Source of the DNA: a virus
Taxonomy: Duplodnaviria > Caudoviricetes
Reading direction: 5' to 3' (one strand)
Virus record (IMG/VR): IMGVR_UViG_3300032073_000194
Span: 1-27,313 of that record
Length of the DNA: 27,313 nt
Positions 9,590-19,400 of this stretch are shown here, piece by piece (positions within the stretch are counted from its first letter, which is position 1; each line of letters begins with the position of its first letter). The position numbers and the translations under genes are program-made. The notes beneath the pieces were generated by a model. It had not been told where the DNA came from. It was given only the letters and a program-made list of their open reading frames with translations, and did not search any database.

Positions 9590-9898
9590 TTAAATTTCAG
9601 TTTCGTCCCATGATTGGGTCTCCTCGTTCCACGTGTATGAACCCTCTGGTTTGACAATGGGGGATTGCCAGGTACACGTATCGTCGAGGGTCCACGAAGG
9701 ATATGGTTGAGGCGTCGAAAAGTTATCCTTATCTTGGTGGTACGTGTACCCCAACCCCGCATAGTTTTTACCCTCTATATTTTTATGTGTTTTCACCCAT
9801 GTTCCATCTAACTCGTACTCACACCAAAGTTTACTCTTCGCGAGAATAACTCGAAGAACTTCATTGGTTTGTGTATTTATTTCTGCAAAGTGAGGCAT
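9590..9898 (-). CDS. Small Trp/Pro-rich putative fibre partner/chaperone (copy 2 of 3)
   Basis: 102 aa paralogue of 3404-3718 with the identical C-terminus YTWNEETQSWDETEI. Confidence 0.85.
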   Translation of the reverse strand: MPHFAEINTQTNEVLRVILAKSKLWCEYELDGTWVKTHKNIEGKNYAGLGYTYHQDKDNFSTPQPYPSWTLDDTCTWQSPIVKPEGSYTWNEETQSWDETEI

Positions 9899-9905
9899 TC
9901 TATAC

Positions 9906-11588
9906 TTATGCGAGATATCTTATTATGACGATCCCGTCGCCCCCTGAACCACCATTACCACCGCTATAGTTCCATCCTCCACCTCCACCTCCTCCTAGAC
10001 CATCCGTTCCGTCAACTCCGTTGTTGCCGGACACTCCACCATTTCCACCACCACCCGCACCACCCGTACCAGCGGTTGTATTTGACCCCCCACCACCACC
10101 GCCTGCGTAGTATGTGTTTGTACCACTGATACTTGATTGTAAACCAATTCCTCCGTTCCCTCCCGAGCTGCCCGCATTTGATCCCGCGGAACCAGCACCA
10201 CCACCACCTGCTCCATTTTGAACGCTATTGGCGTTTCCTCCATTATTACCCTGACCAGAAGTTCCACTGTTCCCCGACTTAATATTTGGGGAATCGGCAT
10301 AATATGACCCACCACCCCCACTTCCACCACTTAATGCACCTAACCCAGGTCCACCCTGTTGCGAGCTTGCTCCCGCACCTCCGCCATTCGCCACTATTAA
10401 AGTTGCACGAGTTTCAATACTACTATTATCACCAGATGTCCCGCGATGTGTATTACTGTGGATCCCACCGACACCTCCACCCCCGACAGTAACAGTATAC
10501 GCGCCAGGTCCTAATGATATATTCCCAGTGAGAAACCCTCCAGCACCTCCACCCCCGGCTACCCCTGCACCACCCCCTCCCCCACCGGCAACCACGAGGT
10601 AATCAACTTGACCGATATTTGTCATTGTAAATATCCCTGAAGATGTGAACGTGTGAATTTTGTATCCACCGCTTGTCGATATAGTTCCACCAGTGTTTTG
10701 TTGTTCAGCGAGGCCTTGCCAATCAGTTCCGTTATACACTTCTAATCGATTTGACGTTGAATTAAACCGAACCATACCTGCGACCCCGGTAGGTTGTTGC
10801 GCCGTCGTACCAACTGGGACGGTCAGAGCACCTGTTCCAGAAAATGTCCCTTCCGCCGTACTCGTAGAATCAAAATCAGATTCTGTGTTGGCAAATATTT
10901 CCGATAGTTTTATATTAGATTGAAAATCTTTCGCGTATCGTAGCCAGTGGTGTAATTTCATAGCACCCAAACGACTGGGCGTATACGACTTCTCTAAAAT
11001 ATGATTTGTTATAGAAATAGTAGTATTTAGCCCCTCACCACTCGCATTTGCGAGATCTATTATTTTAGCTGGAATAAATGTATCCGAAGCTTTACGTTTA
11101 CGGAACGTTAATTTATCCTCTGTGTCATCGAATGAAATTTTTGCTTTATCGCCGATCCATAAAGAGTTATCGCTTACGTACATATCACGAATTTTGTTTT
11201 CAGCGGAACCTATATCGTATTGATTATCGACCGAAGGAATCATATGACCCCCTAAAGAGAAGGTTCCACCATTCATTTCAATATTAGATGAGGTTCGAAG
11301 AACTTCGACGTTTGCCGTTCCTCGAACATCTAGAGTGTGTGTAGGTGTAGACGTTAAAATACCCACGTTGGACGTAGACGTATCTACAAACAGATTAGCG
11401 GTACCTATTTCTACGTTAGCTGTCGTCTTAAACGCCGTGACTCCATTTAAAAATTGAACGGTCGACGAAGTTGTGTTGGATGAGGTTATATCCAATTGAT
11501 CGAGAATAATCGATTTAGCATGAATATTTCCATCGAGTACCCTGAGGTGGGAATCGTGAATATCGAGGAACCCGTCGGTTCCGTTCAT
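9906..11588 (-). CDS. Fibre-like protein with C-terminal glycine-rich domain (560 aa)
   Basis: N-terminus FLDIHDSHLRV resembles that of the 1-2092 gene. Internal HMIPSVDNQYDIGSAENKIRDMYVS segment, PTGVAGMVRFNST connector, glycine-rich domain ending GDGIVIIRYL. Confidence 0.9.
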   Translation of the reverse strand: MNGTDGFLDIHDSHLRVLDGNIHAKSIILDQLDITSSNTTSSTVQFLNGVTAFKTTANVEIGTANLFVDTSTSNVGILTSTPTHTLDVRGTANVEVLRTSSNIEMNGGTFSLGGHMIPSVDNQYDIGSAENKIRDMYVSDNSLWIGDKAKISFDDTEDKLTFRKRKASDTFIPAKIIDLANASGEGLNTTISITNHILEKSYTPSRLGAMKLHHWLRYAKDFQSNIKLSEIFANTESDFDSTSTAEGTFSGTGALTVPVGTTAQQPTGVAGMVRFNSTSNRLEVYNGTDWQGLAEQQNTGGTISTSGGYKIHTFTSSGIFTMTNIGQVDYLVVAGGGGGGAGVAGGGGAGGFLTGNISLGPGAYTVTVGGGGVGGIHSNTHRGTSGDNSSIETRATLIVANGGGAGASSQQGGPGLGALSGGSGGGGSYYADSPNIKSGNSGTSGQGNNGGNANSVQNGAGGGGAGSAGSNAGSSGGNGGIGLQSSISGTNTYYAGGGGGGSNTTAGTGGAGGGGNGGVSGNNGVDGTDGLGGGGGGGWNYSGGNGGSGGDGIVIIRYLA

Positions 11589-11635
11589 TTCTATTATTGA
11601 GTGAGATTTAAAAGAATGGCGCTAGACGTATTCAT
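11589..11635. promoter_or_regulatory. Short divergent intergenic region with a degenerate fibre leader and no hairpin module
   Basis: Minus strand reads AAATCTCACTCAATAATAGAAATG (compare AAACCTCACTCAATAGTAGATATG before 20594). The region is shared with the start of the plus-strand gene. Confidence 0.5.
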
Positions 11636-12046
11636 ATGACCACGTGGATAGATAACGTAGTAAAACACTCTGAAACCGAACTAGGCCTTTTAGGTCTCGA
11701 CCAAACGAACCTGGGTCCTTTGATCATAGACTTTATCAAGAATCTTCAACAAACGCTGGGGAACCAACCGGCCGCGATAAAATCTATCCTGAAAACAACG
11801 GCTAATCTCGTAGACCAGAAACCCGTTGCCCCCATAACCGAAACAGATTTTGTAGATGATAAGTGCACGAGGTGTTCATACATTTACAAATCCGAAGATG
11901 GGCGATACTACAATGACCGAGCGGTCGTGTTTAAAAAAAGCTACGATGACCCGAGTTCGCAATACATGTACCAGGGTCAACAAAGATCGAAACAGGAAAT
12001 TACTCTACCCTATGTCTTACGCGAGGAGATTGTCCTCATCCCATGA
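11636..12046 (+). CDS. Hypothetical protein (136 aa), the only credible plus-strand gene
   Basis: Fills a gap with no long minus-strand ORF, has an ATG start and a globular composition, and is unrelated to the fibre families. No function recognised. Confidence 0.8.
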   Translation: MTTWIDNVVKHSETELGLLGLDQTNLGPLIIDFIKNLQQTLGNQPAAIKSILKTTANLVDQKPVAPITETDFVDDKCTRCSYIYKSEDGRYYNDRAVVFKKSYDDPSSQYMYQGQQRSKQEITLPYVLREEIVLIP

Positions 12047-12072
12047 AACTTAAGATGACCACTGGTGGACAT
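12010..12072 (-). pseudogene. Orphan 5' stub of a fibre gene (MSTSGHLKFHG..., 20 codons)
   Basis: ATGTCCACCAGTGGTCATCTTAAGTTTCATGGGA matches the start of 3728-5143 (ATGTCCGCGAACGGTCATCTTAAGTTTCAGGGGA; MSANGHLKFQG) and follows an intact leader. Homology ends near 12040 and a TAG follows at 12010-12012. Confidence 0.75.
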
Positions 12073-12131
12073 ATCTACTATTTGGGGAGGTTTTTTCTTA
12101 CAAAGTGGGTTGCACTTTGGAGGAAAATTGT
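12073..12131. repeat. Intergenic leader plus hairpin (CAAAGTG-GGTTG-CACTTTG, 12101-12119)
   Basis: Near-identical to 3345-3403. Confidence 0.8.
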
Positions 12132-12410
12132 TTATTGGGGTGGGGTGGGCCACTCAACACTTTTGAGTTCACCATTTTCTTCGTAAATAGGTCTACAAGT
12201 CAATGGAAAGTCACGGAGCTTTTCGCGATACTCCAACCAGAGTGATTTTTGTTGGGGGTCCAATGGAAAGTCTGCCATTATATATTTATCCGTCTGTGTG
12301 AGAAGAAGGTTTCTTTGTTTTCTAATATTTTCATAAATTTCATTATATAGTTTCATTCTGCGGTCATGTTCAATCAATTCATCACCCACAAGAATCACAG
12401 TTTCATTCAT
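12132..12410 (-). CDS. Phage tail assembly chaperone-like protein
   Basis: IRKQRNLLLTQTDKYIMADFPL...WLEYREKLRDFP...VEWPTPP matches the R-x-x-R-N-x-L-L-x-x-x-D...D-x-P...W-x-x-Y-R-x-x-L-R-D-x-P...W-P-x-x-P pattern of phage tail fibre assembly chaperones. Start could be 12437 (overlapping the upstream stop) or 12410 (preferred, follows AGTAT). Confidence 0.8.
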   Translation of the reverse strand: MNETVILVGDELIEHDRRMKLYNEIYENIRKQRNLLLTQTDKYIMADFPLDPQQKSLWLEYREKLRDFPLTCRPIYEENGELKSVEWPTPPQ

Positions 12411-12427
12411 ATACTGTATATATTGAT

Positions 12428-15400
12428 TTAATTCCAAATAAAAACCACACCCGATGCACCTCGACCAGTAGATCCACGAGTACCTGCATTATATCCGACA
12501 CTCCCACCCCCTGCACCAAATCCAACACCAGGTTGACCAGGTAAATGAGAACCGGCGGTGTGCAGCACCCCCGCCAGTGCTACGTCGGCGACGGTAATAC
12601 CAGGGAAAGTAATCACAATCCCACCACCGCCACCGCCACCTTGGTGGGAACCACTCGAAGCAGCACCACCGCTACCAGAAGTCACGGACGTACCGCTCGG
12701 GTATGCAGTAGCCAACGCGGTAGCAAGGTTATTTCTGGCCAAGGTGTGGGCGGATGTGGTCATACCAGTACCTGGGGCATAAGTATTACCAGCAGCCCCA
12801 TCAGACCCCCCACTACCACCAGCACCACCAAAACCAATACTACCACCACCACCACCACCGGAAGAGCCGTCAGCTTCACCGACGACGTACCCTCCACCTT
12901 TCCCACCAAGGGCGTGGCCCGTCCCGGGAGCCGACGAGTGGCCGTATACCGGTGAGGACACGTTCCCGTTGAATCCTTTTATATTAGAGTTCTGAACTGC
13001 ACTTTGTGTTGACGCAGGAGCTACTCTAATAACAGTGTTACCAGCAGGACGAGCCGTGGAAGAATACGAGATATAACCAGCACCACCACCGGTGTAATGA
13101 GAACCACCACCAGAACCACCACCACCCATCACCCAAAAATTCATAGTAAAGGCGGGCATAGTAATAGTAGTCGAACCTGTAGTAGTAAACCCCTTTATAA
13201 ATGATGATAATGTGGTCGAACTATCGAGACCGTTTATCCGGACTGTATATGGAAAATTTTCAAGTGGGAGAGCTGGTAAAGTTATCGTAGCATTGGTGGT
13301 GGAGGTCACACTTAAAGACGTTCCATTATACGTTGTATTATCCGCACCTTTAAACTGAACACTCATCGTACCTACAAAATTTGTACCGGTGAGGGACATA
13401 ACTTGTCCGGCGTAGTCAGCATGAACTCGGGAGAAACCAGAAAATGAACTAATTATAGGGTCGTTGCCGGTGTACTGGTAATTTTGGAGACTACTTTGAT
13501 TCCCAGTGTCGGTTGCTTGTACCGTGAAATTAAACGTCCCCGGCTCGAGGGTCAATGTACCGGATGTGGTTGATGAACCAGGACTCGGTAACGAAATACC
13601 TGTTGGTAAGGTACCACTCGACAACGTATACGTAAGCTGGGTGTCAGAGTCCTGGTCATCTTCAAAATCAATACCCAAATTATACGTCAAAGATGTACCC
13701 GCGCTTTGACCTGGTATTATCACCGTGCTTCCGGTAGCTACAGGTGGTGCGTTCATGAGGGATCCCCAAGCAGTCCCATTATAATACCGAATACTTGATG
13801 AAGTTGTGTGGAAATAAATATCACCTGTTACCCCCGATGAGGGGTCACCTACAAGTCGTGGTAAATTTAACATTCCACTGACCGTTAACTCCCCACCCAC
13901 CTCCACATTCGCAGTCGTCACTAATCCCGTCGTCGCATTCGTAAATTGGACGGTATTAGACGTCACATTTCCAGTGTCTGTCACCACCTGTAAATTCGAT
14001 GCTGAAGAAATACCTGTTACATTACTCCCATCACCGTACAAATACCCAGCAACAACATTCCCACCCACCTCCACATTCCCACTGGCGACTAAAGAAGTCG
14101 TCGGATTCGTAAACTGAACGGTATTAGATGTAGTGTTTCCCACATTCGAAACTGCCGAGAGACTATGCGAAGACGCCGCTGAAATCGTATTAATTGTGAG
14201 AGTTCCACCGACTGAAAGGTTATTTTGCGTGACCACGTTTCCTATGACATTAACGGTTAGTTCCTGGCTAAGATCGTTGATTATTTCTGATGCCGTGAGA
14301 TTACTCTGGGTGTACCCCAAAGTTAATTCGTTCGTTCCTCCATGGTGAATGATTCCTACATTTGATGTAGGACGTTGCATGAGAATACCTATATCGATAT
14401 TTTGGTCTACATTATTATTAGCTAAACCTATGATTGGATCTTTTAAAAGTTGCGATTCAGATTCTATGAAAAAACGTTCACCGTAAACGAACATGTTCCC
14501 GGTGACGCTTAAATTAGAATCTATAGATGTAAGACCAGTGGATGTGGTTATGTACGAATCGCGAAGAACTTTCTGCGCATCCACGTATGGTACTTTTTGG
14601 GCGGTTAAACCTGATATGGTTAAATTACTTCCAATGACCGCGTTCGCATCAGTGACAAAACCTGTAGTTTCGTTCGTAAACTGGATTACATTTGTGGTGG
14701 AATTACCAATATTAGCAACGGATTCGAGTGTCGTGACTAAACCCGTTAGTTTACTTCCATCACCTTCAAAATAGGTAGCACTAACGTTTCCGTCTACGAC
14801 GAGTACGTTAGACCCATCATCATCCACAAACAAATTTGAACCGACATTCAAATCGTAGCCAGGGTTCGTATTGGCTATCCCCACGTTTCCATTAAAATAA
14901 ACTTCGTCTACCGTGACGTTTGTCCATTGACTTAAGGTTCCGGTAATCGCAGTCGGAGGAATACCAGTTAGACCCGAACCATCTCCATGAAATTGGTGTG
15001 CGATAACATTACCGGTAACTTCTATATTAGCACTCGCCGTCAGGGATGTAGGAGACGCTTGGAAATCGATCGCTCCTGACCCACTCGCGATGGTGTATAC
15101 TGGGGATATGGATACGGAATTTAATCGAAGTGCCGCAGCCTCGACGTTCCCCTCCACGATGAGATTACTTTTTATATCTGTGACCCCATCTGGAGCTATG
15201 ATAGATCCACCTATTTCTACATTACCGGTCGTGACAAAACCTGTCGTCGCATTCGTAAACTGAAATACTTCATCCGAAACATTCCCGGTAGTTATGAACA
15301 GATTCGCACTTCCTATTTTTATATTAGACGTCTCTATGTTAGACGTCCTAAGTGTAGCGTTAGTTATGTCGAGGTAGCCTGTGGGTGAATAGATCGGCAT
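12428..15400 (-). CDS. Long fibre-like protein: repetitive shaft, two Ig-like domains (He_PIG/cadherin-like and IPT/TIG-like) and a divergent glycine-rich C-terminus (990 aa)
   Basis: Several QFTN[AEP]TT and GDGS[GKN][LV]TG repeats; GDIYFHTTSSSIRYYNGTAW connector; LTYTLSSGTLPTGISL...FTVQATD; PIISSFSG...LTGTNF...YTVRING; glycine-rich end GASGVVFIWN. Confidence 0.9.
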   Translation of the reverse strand: MPIYSPTGYLDITNATLRTSNIETSNIKIGSANLFITTGNVSDEVFQFTNATTGFVTTGNVEIGGSIIAPDGVTDIKSNLIVEGNVEAAALRLNSVSISPVYTIASGSGAIDFQASPTSLTASANIEVTGNVIAHQFHGDGSGLTGIPPTAITGTLSQWTNVTVDEVYFNGNVGIANTNPGYDLNVGSNLFVDDDGSNVLVVDGNVSATYFEGDGSKLTGLVTTLESVANIGNSTTNVIQFTNETTGFVTDANAVIGSNLTISGLTAQKVPYVDAQKVLRDSYITTSTGLTSIDSNLSVTGNMFVYGERFFIESESQLLKDPIIGLANNNVDQNIDIGILMQRPTSNVGIIHHGGTNELTLGYTQSNLTASEIINDLSQELTVNVIGNVVTQNNLSVGGTLTINTISAASSHSLSAVSNVGNTTSNTVQFTNPTTSLVASGNVEVGGNVVAGYLYGDGSNVTGISSASNLQVVTDTGNVTSNTVQFTNATTGLVTTANVEVGGELTVSGMLNLPRLVGDPSSGVTGDIYFHTTSSSIRYYNGTAWGSLMNAPPVATGSTVIIPGQSAGTSLTYNLGIDFEDDQDSDTQLTYTLSSGTLPTGISLPSPGSSTTSGTLTLEPGTFNFTVQATDTGNQSSLQNYQYTGNDPIISSFSGFSRVHADYAGQVMSLTGTNFVGTMSVQFKGADNTTYNGTSLSVTSTTNATITLPALPLENFPYTVRINGLDSSTTLSSFIKGFTTTGSTTITMPAFTMNFWVMGGGGSGGGSHYTGGGAGYISYSSTARPAGNTVIRVAPASTQSAVQNSNIKGFNGNVSSPVYGHSSAPGTGHALGGKGGGYVVGEADGSSGGGGGGSIGFGGAGGSGGSDGAAGNTYAPGTGMTTSAHTLARNNLATALATAYPSGTSVTSGSGGAASSGSHQGGGGGGGIVITFPGITVADVALAGVLHTAGSHLPGQPGVGFGAGGGSVGYNAGTRGSTGRGASGVVFIWN

Positions 15401-15512
15401 CTCGTCTAGTATTTGTGTAGGTTTTTTCTTACAAAGTGGAACTCAATTTGTAAGAAGTTTGTTTTGAGGGTCAGTCGCAAAGCGACTGGAACAAGTCCTA
15501 CGGACTTGGGAC
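15401..15512. repeat. Second-type intergenic hairpin element (copy 1)
   Basis: TTCTTACAAA-n11-TTTGTAAGAA (15426-15456), CAGTCGC-AAA-GCGACTG (15472-15488), CAAGTCC-TAC-GGACTTG (15492-15508). Positions 15419-15512 are identical to 20610-20703. Confidence 0.85.
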
Positions 15513-16455
15513 TTAGCCACAATGGTACGTACACCCCACGAAGGCTGCTATGTGGACTGCGTTTGCTTCATCTGTTTGAGTTCCATCGGTTGTGAGAAAA
15601 CGCCTCTCGTATGGTTCCTCCGTCGCACCCGTCTTGTCCTCAAATTGAAGCTGACCATTATCATCGAGGACATTCTCACCCCTTTGAATTTGATAATACG
15701 TGGTGATTTCATCTTCTACATTTGAATATCGATCGTATTCCACGAGTTGATTCCAGGCATCCTCTGTAATTATTCGGGTACCAGTCTCTTCACGTTTAAT
15801 AGTTTGAACGGCGACGTTGGACCCCGTAAAGTCACAATCCATCGTTATCTTGGCTACTGAATAGTTCGCGAGGAACTCACTGTCCTGCTTCTGACCGTAC
15901 CCTGCAACATTAGAGGTCGTTATGTAGTCTCCCGACTCTAGAGATCCATTGGTATCCACAACCCATATGGCACCCTCGCCTACAGAGTTCACTATGGCAC
16001 GGTTGTCACCGACAATCTTTACGGATTCGGAAACGAGTCCTCCAGTTATTTCTGTTCTATACGCTGCATTTGATTCTTCCATTTTAGAAACAACCCCGAA
16101 ACATGCCTTATCTTGAGCCACGTTTGAAAGGGAGACGATGGGAAGGGATTCGTCTATGGTGATCGCACTTTTACCGGTAGCCAATCCATTCAATTTTACA
16201 AACTTGTTCTTCTTGGCAGAAACGATGAGACCCTTTTCCATAGACTCATCTGGGAAACATATATGTTGCCCGGTGAACGTTTGTACAGAGGATGACTCAG
16301 CATAGATTTTGTCTCGCACATCCAGTGCAGACCGCGGAGCCTGACCATTACCCAAATTGATACCCACTAGGGTGTTTTGGAAATTCGTGACGTGGTATGA
16401 ATCGCCTCTACCCATATCGTAGAGTTTCTTGACGTCTCCGGCCGTGAGGGCTGTG
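15419..16455. repeat. ~1 kb direct repeat (copy 1): spacer plus conserved 3' end of the giant adhesin gene
   Basis: Highly similar by eye to 20610-21653, with mostly synonymous differences. Confidence 0.85.
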
Positions 16456-19400
16456 TTATAGAGTTTGGGGTTTGAGATGGAACCGTTAATGGGATTCGTC
16501 CCAGGGGCAGCCGCGCCCACATTAAATGGACAATTATTCACGTCAAAATTGGCAGCTTGTGTCGCATTTGTACCATTCAAATTGCCGATGACATTTACAT
16601 TATCTAAATATAACGACATGGTTGTGGTACTCGGTGTTCCACCCCTATAGATCGCAACAATGTGATGCCATGATGTATCCGTTATTAGGTTATACCCTGT
16701 ATTATATAGATCATTAGCACCAGTATATAAATAAGTACCCGGAGTATAAGTAGCTATACCAAATTGGGTCCCGGTTCCACCTTTACCAATACCAAAAATA
16801 TCTTGTCGACTAGTTGGAACTCCATTGTATTTAAACCAAATAGACACTGAGACTGCCTGGTCTCCAGAAAATCCAATATCCGGGGTCGAAATGTAATCTC
16901 CCGACCCATCAAATTTAAACGCCTTATCACCTATGCTATAATACGCATTTCCTATTAATGTTCCATCATTCCCCATCTCCGAAGTGTCTCTAACTGTAGT
17001 CAAACCTGTAGGGTTCGTGGACGTGTCAAATTCCACTACCAATCTATGACGCTTAGGTACGACGTGACGTGTATCCGTCACTGATGGACCTATGGAAGGT
17101 ACCGTGAGGTTCTTGGTGAGGGTCAGTTGGCCATCGTGGAGGACGGATTGTTTCGGGGGTAATTGTTCGCGGGTGCCGAAGAATCGTAAATATGATTGGT
17201 TAAGTGATTCACTTGCACCGACTTGATATTGTGGGTGTCCAGAAACACCTCTATGCCCCATTATATGCGTCGCCACGAGACGATGGTACGTATAATAATA
17301 ACCGTTTGAATTTGTAGACACGTAAGCGATTGTTTCAGATTGAAAGATACCGTATCCACCCGCGTCAGTGGCACTTGACATATCGTGAGGTGCTATGGCA
17401 CCGGAACCCGTATGTTCCCAATCGACGCCATTATTACTTCCCAAAATTATGAATTTACCTATACCACGTGCTTTACCATAACCTTTTCGCGGAGCGGTTG
17501 CTATTCTCGTAACATTTATCGCGTACGGGGTACGCATTGCGATCCAATCACCATAAACGACCGAACCATCTTTAAGGGTTGATTGTATCAAACCATTTCC
17601 AGAAGTTATGGCCGGGGCGTACACCCCAACTATCTGGTACGTTCCCGGTGTTGAAAGACTATCACCATGCCAACCACCGTCAGTAGTAAATCGGGGCGTA
17701 AACGCTCGTGTAAAGTCCCATGATGTATTTCCTCGATAAGAATATGCCCATGTACCCTGACTCGAGTAGAATTCGAATTTACCATGTCCCATTATATGTG
17801 TATCGTAGTCTAAAACTGATATAGCCCTAGGAGGAAACTTTTGGAGTCCATACGTCGGATCAGGTTCATCCAAGACCGCCAACCTCCCTTCCGGTTCCGT
17901 GGTTCCCAAGCCTAGGCGACCTTTCTGTAGGGTCACGGAGTTTTTAACTCCGCGGAACTCGTCCTTTTGGGCATCCCAAATCTCGAGGGCTTGGTCCTCC
18001 CCCACAAACTTATCGTACACCCTAAAGTTGGCGACCTTATCGATGTTCCCGCCACCGATCTGGATGGGGACGGAGTCGACACCTGTGCCGTAATATTTAA
18101 TTTCATTGATATCAAATTGGCCTCTCGGACCCTCGTTCTTGTTGACTATGAGTACGAGATATTTATACGCATTTCCAGTGTTTGTATCCGGTATTAATGT
18201 CACCCGACCACCACCTTCAGCTATTGTTGTCGTCGTCCAAGTTAATCCACCTGAGAAAGCTTTTAATAAATCCCACGTTCCACTTTTACTACCATCATTA
18301 CTTCCTAAAATAGCACCTTCGTAAGGTCTCGACATAATATGACTCGTCATAGGACTCGATGATGTGGCGTAAGTAGCTGAATTTATCTCAATACCTGTTA
18401 CATTTATCTTATGGGGAAGTTCTAATTTTATCCACTCTCCATCATAGTTCACACCACCGGCTGTATGTCTTTCGGGTGGGCTACGGTTATATGTACCAGG
18501 GGTAGTATTATTCACATAATAATCACCCGATTGCCATATATTGTGTGTTGTTCCACCGTTACCTTCGTCAAAAGCACACCACCCGGACCGTGTATCGGTA
18601 CCTCCATTACCATAATTACTACTCGATGTTACGGTATATCCTCTTAGAGAATATGACTGTTCACCCTTGGGAGTACTCCCGCTAGCATCCAGATATCCAC
18701 CCCTACCTAAAGCAAAAGGTATGTGCGGATACTTGAGAACGTTGGTGGGATCGGGAAGGCGGACCAGGTCGTTCTCGCGGTGGCCGTAGTATTGTAATCT
18801 AGGTATGTACAACGCACCCTCACCATTCGGATCAAGGTTCTTCACCATGAACATGTGATACTTATAATCTTTCACTGAGTTGATGATTAAATTGTTATCA
18901 GATTGATCGGGAACACTAGTGTTTGTGTACAGAAGATCCCAGTTTTCGTTGTCATTACTTCCAAGAATAACAACATTCTCTGGTCGCCTACCATCAACGG
19001 ATGCGTTAACTGCCAAATAACTTACTCGGAGTCTGAATGGAGTTTCTAGTGTCACTTGGTGACCGGTGTGAGATGTTCCACTTGTATCAGTGATAGTTGG
19101 TGCATCATTCAAAGCACCATTATTATTGTTTTCGGCGTTTCGTCCATAAACATCAAATTCCGTCATCCACGCACCACTCGATGAGAACGCTTTCCATGCC
19201 TGTCGAATGTTAGCAGGGTCAGAATCATAATCGTTACTCCTACTCACCGCATACCCATTCTGTTCGTACTCCGTCATATCGAAGGGTGGGTACTCCCCGA
19301 AGGTATCTTCGGCTTGGTCTTCGGCCACCTTACGTCCATCGAGGTAAGCGACTCTGGAGCCACCTTCGCCTTGGTACGCGTAGGTCAGGTTGTGCCACGT

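Noticed and set aside
9538-9762. 75-codon upstream extension of the 7141 ORF through the spacer into the small gene (possible frameshift fusion)
   Set aside because: The conserved leader and a paralogue-like N-terminus mark 9537 as the start. At the equivalent junction near 3344-3420 the fibre frame is closed by a TGA, so the open frame is not a consistent feature.
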